64,000 nt of DNA, taken from the NCBI GenBank assembly GCA_027036135.1, contig JALVSY010000007.1, positions 1,173,480 to 1,237,479 on the forward strand, written 5' to 3'. The position numbers and the translations under genes were made by a program. Shown here in pieces: positions 51,197-61,216 of this stretch (position 1 is the stretch's first letter; the number at the start of each line of letters is the position of its first letter). This DNA comes from Pyrodictiaceae archaeon. Its GTDB lineage: Archaea; Thermoproteota; Thermoprotei_A; Sulfolobales; Pyrodictiaceae. Below the pieces are notes generated by a model. That model did no database searches. It was not told where the DNA came from and saw nothing but the letters and a program-made list of their open reading frames with translations.

Positions 51197-52123
51197 TTGC
51201 CTAGACGCGTCCACGTGGAGAAACCGTTCTATGAGCTATTCGCCGAGGAGGTAAAGCAGCTAGGCCGGATTTTCCGCGAACACGTCTCCGAGAAACAAGT
51301 AGATAGGGTTCTCAAGGATGGCTGCGTCGCCGCCACTGGCTCCGGTGATAGCTTTGCAGCAGCCCTGGTACTCGCGAGCCTAGCGGGGGAGAATGGGGAG
51401 GCCATAGACCCGCTAGAGGCAATCGTTACCGCTAGGTATCGTTCCCTCACGAGAAGGGGCTGCACGCTCGCAGCGATAAGCATTGAGGGCAGGACAAAGA
51501 GCGTACTGGAGCTAGCTGAGCTCTATGCCTCTAGGCACGGAAGAGTAGTCTGCTATACCGCCAAGGACACGCCTCTAGCCAAGAGAGCCTGTAACGAGAT
51601 AGTAGATGTAACCCACCCTGGGACAGTAATGGGCGTCGGTGCTGCTAGGCAACTAGTACTCCTAGGCCTCGTGGCCAAGAGCCTTGGCTACGAGCCACGC
51701 CTAGGCAGCCTTAGCACACCGTGCGCGTGGCTAAGAGCAGACATGTTCACCGGGCTCGCTGAGTCACTGGGCACAGCCATCTATGCCGTAAACAAGCTCT
51801 ACGAGATATATGCTAAGCCCGTTAGATGGGAGTATCTCGAGCAACTAGTACACGCCCCCATCTACAGTGCTCGCAGCGTCGCAATATTCTACACAGCGAC
51901 TACCCCTAAGAGGCGACTAGACGAGATAACCAAGACACTCAAAGAGGCAGGAATCAAGGTCTACAAGATACCAGCTACGGGAACACCCTGGGACAACGCC
52001 GTGACGCAGACAGCATATGTGCTAAGCTGCATAGCCAGGCAAGCAGCCAAGGACAAGGTAGCTGAGCCAGCGTACCGCAAACACCCCGGGCTAGAGCCAC
52101 TCACAAGGCTAATCTACGGCTAA
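51197..52123 (+). CDS. SIS-domain sugar isomerase-like protein
   Basis: TGSGDS, ISIEGRT and EQLVHAP motifs. Confidence 0.75.
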   Translation: MPRRVHVEKPFYELFAEEVKQLGRIFREHVSEKQVDRVLKDGCVAATGSGDSFAAALVLASLAGENGEAIDPLEAIVTARYRSLTRRGCTLAAISIEGRTKSVLELAELYASRHGRVVCYTAKDTPLAKRACNEIVDVTHPGTVMGVGAARQLVLLGLVAKSLGYEPRLGSLSTPCAWLRADMFTGLAESLGTAIYAVNKLYEIYAKPVRWEYLEQLVHAPIYSARSVAIFYTATTPKRRLDEITKTLKEAGIKVYKIPATGTPWDNAVTQTAYVLSCIARQAAKDKVAEPAYRKHPGLEPLTRLIYG

Positions 52124-52197
52124 GGTCCTCCCGGGGCATAGTAAGCCCTATTGACTGCTCAGTACTCCTAGATGGTTCAAGCGGGGAGCCCGAACCC

Positions 52198-52280
52198 CTG
52201 GGTGATGAGGGGAGGCCTCCTCGGCCCCCCTATCAGAGCCCACCTTGGGGCTGTGAAGAGCAGGCTAGGCCCTGACAAGG
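52198..52280 (+). ncRNA. Box C/D-type (K-turn) sRNA candidate
   Basis: GTGATGA (52202) - hairpin - CAGA (52234) - GCCC/GGGC stem - TGTGA (52252) - 15-nt guide - CTGA (52272), in a GC-rich intergenic gap. Confidence 0.6.
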
Positions 52281-52308
52281 AGGGGCAACGACTTCCCCTT
52301 GTAGCCGT

Positions 52309-52977
52309 GTGAGGGTGTTGTACATGGTGGTTCTTGGTCCGAGCGATAGGAGCAAGGAGTACATCTACGGCGCGTATGTTACGGCTTTGCGTCTCCTTGC
52401 CGGCTGTAGGCGTGGAGAGCGACTCAGTGACGCACTAGGAGAGGTTGAGGAATACCTGGGCATTGTGCTGGGCGATGCCTCGGGGCTGGGAGACGCTCTA
52501 GCAGCTGCGAGAGAAGTCTACTCAATGGCTAAGGGAAGGAGCTGCGAAGAAGAGCTAACTAGGCTAGAGGAAGAGGGCTACGAGTACATAAGGAGCGCGC
52601 TCTACGCTATCGCCTCCAGGGAGCTGCTTGGGGCACAGAGCTGGAGGACCAGGCAGGCAATACTAGTCCTCCAGACGATAAGCGATGAGCCAGGGCGCTG
52701 GGAGAGGCTCACGCCACGTGGTACGGTGATAACGAGCCTAGAGGAGCTACACAATGCTGCCTCGAGGCAAGCGGCTCCCGCTGGGCTTAGGGAGAGCTAC
52801 TACACTATAGCACCGTGGCGCAGGATAGAGATAGAGTACAACATGGAGAACGCCATAGACACACTTATTCATAGCGGGGTAATAGTAAAGGCGAAGAGGC
52901 TAGGAGCCTACATAGTCCCGGCACCGTATCTCGAGAAAGAGTTCATAGAGCTACTCGAGGAAAGCCTAAGGGCCTAG
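52309..52977 (+). CDS. Hypothetical protein
   Basis: 222 aa ORF with host-like codon use. Confidence 0.65.
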   Translation: MRVLYMVVLGPSDRSKEYIYGAYVTALRLLAGCRRGERLSDALGEVEEYLGIVLGDASGLGDALAAAREVYSMAKGRSCEEELTRLEEEGYEYIRSALYAIASRELLGAQSWRTRQAILVLQTISDEPGRWERLTPRGTVITSLEELHNAASRQAAPAGLRESYYTIAPWRRIEIEYNMENAIDTLIHSGVIVKAKRLGAYIVPAPYLEKEFIELLEESLRA

Positions 52978-53393
52978 GGATCAAGTACTCCACGTGAACG
53001 CAGTGCATCGATTATTTTCTCAGCCAGTCTTAGCCCCAGGTGGTACCGCTTTTCGCGGAGAATCTCGTCGATTATCTCGAGCCTTACACCAGTATACTCA
53101 TGCACAACGATGTTGCGGAACCCAATAATGCTCCTAAGAAGCCGCGCATCATCCTCACCTAGTACTCCCTTCTCCCTTAGAACTCTCGCAGCCATGTAGC
53201 CGGAGGATGGGGCATAACCGAGCAGTGCAGCCGCTCTCAGAGCTATATCGATTATTATCTGGCTATGCAGCTGAAGCGCGTGCAATAGCATCATCTGGTC
53301 ACGCCAATCCCCTAGGTTGTATCCTTCCTCAACAACTTCGTCTAACCTCTTAGTCAGCTCCAATAGCCTCTCAAGAAGCCTCTCCAGAATCAA
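52974..53393 (-). CDS. hepT: HEPN (DUF86/HepT) RNase toxin
   Basis: GFRNIVVHEY RxxxxH motif; TTG start overlaps the MNT stop. Confidence 0.88.
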   Translation of the reverse strand: MILERLLERLLELTKRLDEVVEEGYNLGDWRDQMMLLHALQLHSQIIIDIALRAAALLGYAPSSGYMAARVLREKGVLGEDDARLLRSIIGFRNIVVHEYTGVRLEIIDEILREKRYHLGLRLAEKIIDALRSRGVLDP

Positions 53394-53836
53394 TGCTTCC
53401 TCACCCTGCTCGCTACCTGCCTCTCTAGGGCTCTTCGCTGAGCCTCGTGGAGGCCTAGGCGGCGCCAAGTCGTGAGAAGATCGTCGCAGAGCTTGACAAG
53501 CCTCGCTACATCGCTCGCGAAGTCCTCTCTATCGCGTACATAGACTATCTTTCCTTTGCCAAACACCTCTTGTAAGAAAACGCAATCAACGTCATTATCT
53601 ATTATCGATACATCAACTCGATCCATATCCACGCCAAGAGCCTCGGCAACAGCCTCCATGACCCTCACTACGTCGTCTAGGCTAGGCTTTCCCGCGAAGC
53701 GCACAGCTATATCGATATCCCTAGGCTTCCTCCCGGCTTCAAGAACCGAGCCAAACAGTATAGCATACCTTACTCCTAACACGCTCCACTTAATACTCCT
53801 GAGTCTCCTGAGAAGTTCTGACAAGTCTTTGCTCAT
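53390..53836 (-). CDS. mntA: Minimal nucleotidyltransferase antitoxin
   Basis: LFGS...DIDIAV...VDV. Confidence 0.88.
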   Translation of the reverse strand: MSKDLSELLRRLRSIKWSVLGVRYAILFGSVLEAGRKPRDIDIAVRFAGKPSLDDVVRVMEAVAEALGVDMDRVDVSIIDNDVDCVFLQEVFGKGKIVYVRDREDFASDVARLVKLCDDLLTTWRRLGLHEAQRRALERQVASRVRKH

Positions 53837-54047
53837 TACTTGTCCGGCCCCCTTTACCCTTTTTACCGCAATCCCTATAAGGACTCAATGATGCTACGCG
53901 AAAACCCCGTCCCTAGCCATGCCACAGAATACCTAGTTCTCAGACTATAGTAAAGCCATACCACTAGTTCTGATATCCCTAGAACGTACTGGGAGAGGAG
54001 CCTAGGTTTTATTGTCGTGGCTTCTTTTCTGGTAGCTAGGGGGTGTA

Positions 54048-54995
54048 GTGGCCTCTATGAGGTTAGGCTTTGTCTGCCTGGGCTACTCCTGTAACGCTGC
54101 TCGCAGCGCCTCCCAGGCAATTGGTGCTGGGCTCGTAGAGGCTTATTGGAAAGTGTTCCCGGATGGAGAGTCCTATCTGAGAATAGACGGTGACCTAGGA
54201 GATGGTGTGGCTGTAGCTGTTTTTACTGGGTTCCCTGAGCCTAGTCGCCGCGTCGTCGAGGGCTTGTTGCTCGTAGAGGCTCTCCGGGGCCTTGGGGCAC
54301 GTGGCGTTATTGCTGCTCCTCTTTATCTCGCGTATAGTAGGCAGGATAAGCGGTTCCTCCGAGGAGAACCAATTAGCGTGAGAGCGGTTCTCCGTGGCCT
54401 AGGCGCTGCGGGAGCTGATGCACTCCTAACAGTTGATATACACAAGGAGTATAGCCTGGAGTGGTTCCCAGGCCCATGCCTCAATGTAAGCCCCGCGCCT
54501 GCCTTCGCAGAAGCGCTCCGGGGCATTGTGGAGGAGTCTAAGAGGACATACGTGCTCGCGCCCGACCGGGGCGCCTTCCCGAGGGCAAAGAGGCTAGGCG
54601 AGCTACTGGGAGCCCCCTTTGACTACTTGGAGAAGACTCGTGACCGCGTAACTGGCGAGGTGACTGTGAGGCCTAAGACACTGGATGCACGGGGCGCCAC
54701 AGTGATAATAGTGGACGATATTGTTAGTACTGGCGGCACATTGGCTAAGGCAGCTAGGCTCCTACTAGAGCAGGGAGCCGAGAAGGTCTACGCAGCCATA
54801 ACCCACTGCCTCCTCGTAGGCAATGCCGTGGAGAAGCTAGAGGAGAGCGGCATAGAGAAACTATTCTGCGCCAACACTGTGGAGCCAAGGTGGAGCAAAG
54901 CCCGCGTAGTCGACATAGGCCCCCTGGTAGCCGAGGCAGCGAGGAAGCTAGCTGAGAGACTCTATAGCTACGAACAGGAAGCACCAAGAACATAG
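54048..54995 (+). CDS. prs: Ribose-phosphate pyrophosphokinase
   Basis: FPDGE, YSRQD, DIH, APDRGA, VDDIVSTGGT. Confidence 0.95.
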   Translation: MASMRLGFVCLGYSCNAARSASQAIGAGLVEAYWKVFPDGESYLRIDGDLGDGVAVAVFTGFPEPSRRVVEGLLLVEALRGLGARGVIAAPLYLAYSRQDKRFLRGEPISVRAVLRGLGAAGADALLTVDIHKEYSLEWFPGPCLNVSPAPAFAEALRGIVEESKRTYVLAPDRGAFPRAKRLGELLGAPFDYLEKTRDRVTGEVTVRPKTLDARGATVIIVDDIVSTGGTLAKAARLLLEQGAEKVYAAITHCLLVGNAVEKLEESGIEKLFCANTVEPRWSKARVVDIGPLVAEAARKLAERLYSYEQEAPRT

Positions 54996-55171
54996 AGACT
55001 AGTGCCGTAGTAGGACCTACAAGGGTGTAATCTGCGGCTCTACAATGTTTCCATAAACTAGTCTTGATTTCCTTGAGCCCCCGGGGGCCAACACATACTA
55101 GGTGTAAGTCAATAAGAGATAAAAATCGATTCATGGAATCCCTATATTACGAGAAGGGGTAGACCAAGATA

Positions 55172-55987
55172 ATGGCTACCAATGCAAGTGATGCTGAGCT
55201 TCGGCGCCGCTTGCTGAGACTGATTATGGAGGATGAGGAGTTCAGACTAGCTGTTGCTGGGGCTATCGGTCTTAGGGAGATTCTAGAGGAGCTCCGCTGG
55301 CTCCGCCGCAAGAGCCTAGAGCACGATAAACGCTTTGAATCAATAGAAAGAAAGCTCCTTGAGCACGATAAGAGATTCGAAGCCATCGAGCGTAAGCTTC
55401 TGGAACATGATAAACGATTCGAGGCTATTGAGAAGAAGCTGCTGGAGCATGATAGACGCTTCGAGGCAATAGAGAGGAAACTACTAGAACATGATAAGAG
55501 ATTCGAAGCAATAGAGAAAAAGTTATTAGAGCATGATAAGAGGTTTGATGAGCTAAATAAGAGAATTGACAGTGTTGAGGCCAAGCTCTACGAGCATGAT
55601 CAGAGGCTCGACGAGATCAATAAGAGGCTTAGCAACGTGGAACTCATCGTCGGGGCTATGGCTGAGAGCATGTACTCGAGATTTGTCCTTGATGACTTGA
55701 GGGAGGATATTAGGGAGAGGGGTGAGAGAATAGTTGAGCGTAGAAGAAACGCTAGGATTAATGACGAGGATATCGACTTATTAATAGCGACTGATAAATC
55801 AGTCTACGTCGTAGAAGTGAAGGTTAAGCCCAGGGTCGCTGATGTCGGCGCGCTACTAGCAAAGGCCGAGATTGTTGCAAGGAAGTATTCCGGGCTCAAA
55901 ATAGTCCCGGTACTCGCAGGCGCCATGATCGGTAGCGAGGTCCTAGGATACGTGAAGGGCAAGAACGTGGAAGTCTACATATACTAG
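55172..55987 (+). CDS. Coiled-coil heptad-repeat protein with C-terminal PD-(D/E)XK nuclease-like domain
   Basis: DEEFRLAVAGAIG, 14-aa repeats, DIDLLI...VVEVK. Confidence 0.8.
   Translation: MATNASDAELRRRLLRLIMEDEEFRLAVAGAIGLREILEELRWLRRKSLEHDKRFESIERKLLEHDKRFEAIERKLLEHDKRFEAIEKKLLEHDRRFEAIERKLLEHDKRFEAIEKKLLEHDKRFDELNKRIDSVEAKLYEHDQRLDEINKRLSNVELIVGAMAESMYSRFVLDDLREDIRERGERIVERRRNARINDEDIDLLIATDKSVYVVEVKVKPRVADVGALLAKAEIVARKYSGLKIVPVLAGAMIGSEVLGYVKGKNVEVYIY
55316..55567 (+). repeat. Six 42-nt tandem coding repeats (LEHDKRFEAIERKL)
   Basis: Visible in the translation; synonymous codons differ between units. Confidence 0.9.
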
Positions 55988-56178
55988 ACAAAAATAACTA
56001 GATAGAGCTCTAGCTGCCTAGGCATAACAGAGTGTTAGGAGGGACTGTTGAGAAGCCCTAGGTTCTGGGCAAGAAGGGGTGAATAAGAGCCAGGGACCGG
56101 AAAAAGTGCCCGTGTTATAGGCGTGAGCTAGCGTTGAGAACCAGGTCTCGGAGACAATAAGGTGTTGTGGAGAAGTCT

Positions 56179-56826
56179 TTACTCCTCTCTGCTCTCCTCC
56201 TCGGGGCCTGTTATGCGCTCTAGCTGCTTACTGACGCTCCCGACTAGTTTCTCTGCTTCGGGTACGCCTCGGGCCTCTACATAGATTATTATTGTTGCTA
56301 TTATGGCTGCCAGTATCCAGCCCACACCGTTCATGAACACGCCTAGTATTGGTGCAGCTATGTACAGTATCGAGGCGCCCCACGCCGCCCTCGTCCGGGC
56401 CTTATCGGCTTCTCCGAGGAATATTAGCCCGGTAAGGGTCTCCGCCGCGACCAGCAGCGGAGCAGCGAAGTAGATTATGAGGAGCCCGGCCTTGAACACG
56501 TTAGTGCTATTAGCCGCCACAGCTATCATGTCCAAGAAGAATCCCAGGGACGCCAGGCCAGCACCGGTTATGAAGCCTAGGCCAGCTGTCCTCGCAGCCT
56601 TTCCCAGTCGCCTCGCTTGCCCGGCTAGAATCGCGCCGGAGAACACGTAGCCAAAGCTAGCAATTAGTAGCAGGAAGTATGCGAACCCTAGGGCAAACCT
56701 GCCAAACACTGCGGGGGAACTAGCCTCTATGAGGCGCCCCGTCAACGCAACCATAGCGCTTACGGCTTGTACGCCAGCAACCATTGCCAGCTTCCGGTTA
56801 AAGACAGGTTCCTGCGACAAGCCCAC
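56179..56826 (-). CDS. Hypothetical multi-pass membrane protein
   Basis: About 6 hydrophobic helices. Confidence 0.7.
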   Translation of the reverse strand: MGLSQEPVFNRKLAMVAGVQAVSAMVALTGRLIEASSPAVFGRFALGFAYFLLLIASFGYVFSGAILAGQARRLGKAARTAGLGFITGAGLASLGFFLDMIAVAANSTNVFKAGLLIIYFAAPLLVAAETLTGLIFLGEADKARTRAAWGASILYIAAPILGVFMNGVGWILAAIIATIIIYVEARGVPEAEKLVGSVSKQLERITGPEEESREE

Positions 56827-56930
56827 TCACCAAAACCTTATCTACAGTTAACAACTGAGAAGGAGTAGAATAAAAGACCTTTGATAAACGCCTCCCTAGT
56901 AATACTACCTCCTGGGGACTCTGGGAAGCT

Positions 56931-57016
56931 GGCTGTGAGGACTGAGCCCCGCACAAAAGCAGGGCTGTCCCGGGGAGCCCCTCTTGGGCGATGAGCGGCT
57001 AGGGGTGGACCGAGCC
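56931..57016 (+). ncRNA. Box C/D guide sRNA candidate
   Basis: GGC-T-GTGAGGA(C)...GGGCTGTCCCG-GGGA(D')-GCCC/GGGC-GATGA(C')-GCGGCTAGGGGTGGA-CCGA(D)-GCC. The D guide pairs with crenarchaeal 16S CCACCCCUAGUUGC (recalled sequence). Confidence 0.7.
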
Positions 57017-57102
57017 GCTAGGCGAAAACCGGAGGCACTAATATTAGAGCTATAGGGTATTGAAACGTAGCAACCATACGGGTTATGGGAGGTCAAGACA
57101 AC

Positions 57103-57751
57103 ATGACGAGGAGGAGACCCCTCATAGTATTAGCGATTATAGCGATACTATTGGTGACACCATTCCTCCTACGCAACCCACCCTTAGGCGAGACTAATAG
57201 CACTAGTGCCACGACACTCGTACTTGATAAGAATATCACTTTCTACCCCTACCTGGACATGGCTAGAGGGAGAGCATCGATAGAGATGCTTAGCCGTATC
57301 CTCGCAGAGGCTAAGCAACAACTACTAGCCAATAACCTATCCGTTGCTGGGCCGAGAGCTGGGCTAGTAAGAGGCCTAATCCTTCATGGCCGCCTAGTCA
57401 ATGACTTCGTGCTAGATATTCGTGGCAAGCTGTTCTACTTCGTAGTTCTCGCAGCGAAGCACGGGAACAGCTCAGTGACTAATAGCAATGCTTTCCTCGG
57501 TCCCCTGGGTAGAGGTCTCAATTGCTCCGAGTCGCGTAAAGGGAGGCATCGATCTCGTCATAAATGCTGCTCACTGGTCATGTGGGACAACACTACTAAC
57601 AATAGCCAAGTACATGTATGGACAGGGATCCTCAAGGCCCGTAGCGATAGGAGAGATGACATGCACGGATAAAATAACAACAGTGCTGCTCAGAATGGGA
57701 GGCGACTATGCACTAATTGTTCTACGCCCAGTCAATGAGACAATTCCGTAA
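57103..57751 (+). CDS. Hypothetical exported protein, probably frameshifted near 57478
   Basis: Signal-like N-terminus; the overlapping downstream ORF has better codon use and joins on removing one base. Confidence 0.45.
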
Positions 57752-57854
57752 TAGATGGTGGGCTTATTAACCCCCTTTCTTCGTATGCCTAGCTTAAGCA
57801 AAACACTCCCAAGCTCACAATACAGCTGCCTCGAGGCATGGAGCTGAGTAATCC

Positions 57855-58241
57855 ATGGTACTTGGGTGGCTTAGGAGCAAGACTAGTCGCAGACAAAGAG
57901 AGGCGAGGGAACAGGCTACGAGCAGGTATAGTCCAGAGATACTAGCTATCTTCCGCAAGGCCGAGGAGGCGCTACGCCGAGTAGAGATACCGGGCTACGA
58001 CTTCGACATAGTGAGTAGTGGCGTTGTCAAGAGGCTGAGGCTTAGCGGCGACAAGCTCATAGTGTTCCTAGACTACTTCGGCACAGATCCCTCGTGCTTC
58101 TTCTGCCGCTTCATAAACCAAGCCCTCTGGAACACAATACTATCCAAGGCCGCAAGGGAGCTAGAGAAGGCAGGGATGAAGAACGTTGAGTTCGTTGACT
58201 ATGCGACTGGGCTACGCCTAGAATACAACAAGGAATGGTAG
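57855..58241 (+). CDS. DUF59/MIP18-like (Fe-S assembly) domain protein
   Basis: LRRVEIPG..FDIVSSGVV, DPSC. Confidence 0.7.
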   Translation: MVLGWLRSKTSRRQREAREQATSRYSPEILAIFRKAEEALRRVEIPGYDFDIVSSGVVKRLRLSGDKLIVFLDYFGTDPSCFFCRFINQALWNTILSKAARELEKAGMKNVEFVDYATGLRLEYNKEW

Positions 58242-58278
58242 CACGGTATTGTCTCTAGTAGGGTTTATAGCGCTCCAT

Positions 58279-58295
58279 GTATACACTGTGTATAC
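58279..58295. promoter_or_regulatory. Palindromic operator of the vapBC promoter
   Basis: GTATACAC-T-GTGTATAC (perfect 8-1-8) just downstream of TATA-like TTTATAG. Confidence 0.7.
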
Positions 58296-58310
58296 TTGGT
58301 GCGTATTTAG

Positions 58311-58538
58311 TTGAGTGCTGTAATTAGTGTAAGAGTTCCTAAGTGGGTTAAGGAGAAGCTCGAGAAATACGGAATAAATGTCGCTGAGGTCGTTAGGAGA
58401 AGCCTCATAGAAGAGATAGAAAGGGCAGAGATGAATGAGATAGGGAGGCAGCTGGATGCTTTAAGAGAAAGACTGCGAGGCAAGATAGATCCATATGAAC
58501 TCGCGAAAATAATTGATGAAGAGCGGAAAGAGAGGTAA
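58311..58538 (+). CDS. vapB: RHH antitoxin
   Basis: VISVRVP..VKEKLEKYGINVAEVVR. Confidence 0.85.
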   Translation: MSAVISVRVPKWVKEKLEKYGINVAEVVRRSLIEEIERAEMNEIGRQLDALRERLRGKIDPYELAKIIDEERKER

Positions 58539-58544
58539 CAGACT

Positions 58545-58979
58545 GTGCTCGTGGTTGATGCGAGTGTCTATGCTCCCCTAATAGCTACGTGTGGGAGAGC
58601 ACTCCTAGATACTGTTAAGCAGTTAGAGCTTGTTGTCCTAGACCTCACGATCTATGAAGTGTGTAATGTTTTCTGGAAGGAACATAGGAAGCTTAACCGG
58701 ATAGGTAGAGAAGAAGCTGTTCAAGCCTGAAGAGCGGCTAAGTCTCTAACCCGGTACATGAGAGTATATAGCATCGGAGACCTTTGTGTAGGGGATGTTA
58801 TGAAGATAGCGATTGAGAACAATATTACATTTTATGACGCCTCGTATATAGCCTTAGCACGGGTGCTCCAAGCACGGCTTGCAAGCGAGGATGAGGACAT
58901 ATTAAACGTTGCACCAAGGTATGGCATAGAGGTTGTTCGTTTACGGGAATTGCTTAATCGCTTCACGGGATCAAGGTAG
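58545..58979 (+). pseudogene. vapC: PIN toxin with in-frame TGA at 58728
   Basis: VVDAS, YEVCN / TFYDASY, SED; both ORF halves are in the same frame. Confidence 0.85.
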
Positions 58980-59068
58980 TTAATAATGGATAATGCCTAG
59001 AACCTGCTTATCTCGTTTATTATTGTCTCTATGCGTTTCCTGTACCTCTTGAGCGCGTTGAGTAGTGC

Positions 59069-60315
59069 TTATGGGCCTCCCCTGGCTAGTAGCTTCTCCC
59101 TCACAGTTCTCGAGGCCGCTGCCTCCGGGTTCTCCAGTATTTGCTCCATGTCGTCGGCTAGGCTCTTCAATGCTAGGTTGTGGCGGAGATAGTTCCTCGT
59201 CTTCTCGGCTCCATGTCTAGCTATTAGGGCTCTTAGCTTCTCGGCGAGCAGGGTATATGCCTCCACTAGTCTCCTGTACTCCTCCTGGTACCTTGTAGCG
59301 AAGTCGGCGAACTCTGTGCCCTCTAGGAGGGGTGCAACATCGTCTATCCTGCCACTCGCTACCAGCCTCGCTATGCGGCGATACATGCTCCTACGAGTAG
59401 CCTCATCTATCTCTGCTGCTCCCAGGAGGCTCTTGAACACGTATTGCTTGTTCTTCATCTTTAGCATGTAGTTCCACCAGGGGAACCCGAGATAGGTCTC
59501 CCCAGGGAAGAGAACCACCAAGCCCTCGCCGCCGAGGCTATTAGCGATCCTAACTAGCTCCTCGAAGCTCCTCGCCTCTATTCTCCGCGGCCCAGGGAAC
59601 GCAGAGGAGAACTCATAGCTTATCTCCATTGTGTCATGGCTCCTAGCAGCTATGAGGAAGACCCGCCACCTAGGATCACCCGAGGGAGCCTCTAGCTCCC
59701 TGCCGAGACACCGACTAGCAGGGCAAGCAGTGTTCACGAGCTCGAACATAAGCGTTGTCTTCTCCCCTACTATGCTCTCTAGCTCCCATCGGAGCCCCAG
59801 CCTCTCCACAGAGGCCAAGAACCTCTCAGCATAAGGATTCCTAGCCACTGGTGGGCGGTGGAGACTACCACGCGTACTAAGCAACAACTCCCCGGTATCA
59901 GGGTCGCGGTAAGCAACAATGAGTGTCCCGTCAAGCTTCTCCGTAGCGATGAAACGGTCACTAGGAATCCTCGAGCACTCCCTGCACTCACGATAATTAA
60001 AGAACTTGGCAAAAGGCATAGCTAGTTGCCTAACCCCGCCACCACGATAATGACGAACAACCGCTCCACGAGCAGCAGCCAAAAATGGTCTACGGAGATA
60101 GTCACGAGGCTCCAAGCTATACTTATAGGAAACAACACAGTCCTTACCAACCCCAGCCTCATGCAACGCCTACTCCACAAACGATTAACACTAGCCATAG
60201 CTCTACGAACACCATCCAAGCCCACCCCGGGCTCAACCCCTAGCAATTTGGCAAGCCGAGCGAGTTCATCACTACTAAGGCGCTCCAAGTCACTATAATA
60301 TAGCCCAAAAGGCAT
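59069..60315 (-). CDS. T4 Rnl1 (RnlA)-type ATP-dependent RNA ligase, one-base frameshift near 60168
   Basis: ARG, PFAKFFNY, EKLDGTLI, STRGS, FELV, EGLVV, LKMK motifs; the upstream ORF MPFGLYY.. joins with one added base. Confidence 0.8.
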
Positions 60316-60660
60316 AACCAATACCGATAACCACCCCTCCAACATCTAAGGGCACAGGCTAAGCCATGGCCCTATACCGGGAGAACCGAGAATAGCCCGA
60401 GACCCACCTCATCAATACTATTCCCAATCTCAGACCCATGACACTCCGCTTTGCACCAACTACTACTTAAACATCCTACACCACATAGAACTATACCAGC
60501 CACACACGATAACGAACCACTATGGCATAGATCTTTTGCAAGAACTCTATCCATGGCAGGGCTACTCGCTTTTCTGCAAGCTTCTCCCCGCGTAGCATTT
60601 TTGAAAAAAGGGTTCTTTTCCCTGGTATACATGGCTGATTAGTGGAGGTAGTAGCTATTA

Positions 60661-60918
60661 ATGAACACGGTCATTGTGCTAGAGGCGCTGGTTAGGGAAG
60701 CAAGACTACTGAGGGCTAAGCTAAGAGTCTATGATGCCAGGATACGCGAGCTGGAAGAGAAGTACGGGATGAGCTCCGACGAGTTCCTTACCCGGTTTGA
60801 GAAGGGAGAACTCGGGGACGAGGAGGATTATTTCATTTGGTGGAGCTACCTGAGAGCTAAGGCAGTGACACTTGAGAGGCTAAAGGAGCTTGAGAAGGAG
60901 ACCCAAAGACTACGCTAG
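60661..60918 (+). CDS. Putative antitoxin (TumA-like, DUF6516 partner)
   Basis: EEKYGMSSDEF..RFEKGELGDEEDY..W signature. Confidence 0.65.
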   Translation: MNTVIVLEALVREARLLRAKLRVYDARIRELEEKYGMSSDEFLTRFEKGELGDEEDYFIWWSYLRAKAVTLERLKELEKETQRLR

Positions 60919-61020
60919 CTCATTCCATGACGTTATTTACTTGTTTTTGAAGATGTTATCGTGGACTACAATATATCCATTGAAGAGGTCACTCCTAGGG
61001 AAGGCCTTAGTGCTCCTTGA
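60890..61020 (+). pseudogene. Truncated remnant of the cognate toxin gene
   Basis: Overlapping TTG start, frameshift in a T-run, ..DVIVDYNISIEEVTPREG then stop. Confidence 0.4.
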
Positions 61021-61216
61021 TGGCTCCCAGCTCATTTCCTCAAGTATGTCTTGATAACTCGAACAGAGCAGTAGGCTCAAGTATAGGTACTACGAAAACT
61101 TGGAAGGTTAAAGATGAGCGAGGTATGATATTAGGGTGTATTCCCTTCCTTTGTATTTTCAGCATAGTTCTCTTTATAGTGGTGGTTCGGGGTAGAGTTT
61201 TCTACTGGGTGGAATA

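Noticed and set aside
55316-55567. 42-bp repeat as CRISPR
   Set aside because: Contiguous in-frame coding repeat with no spacers
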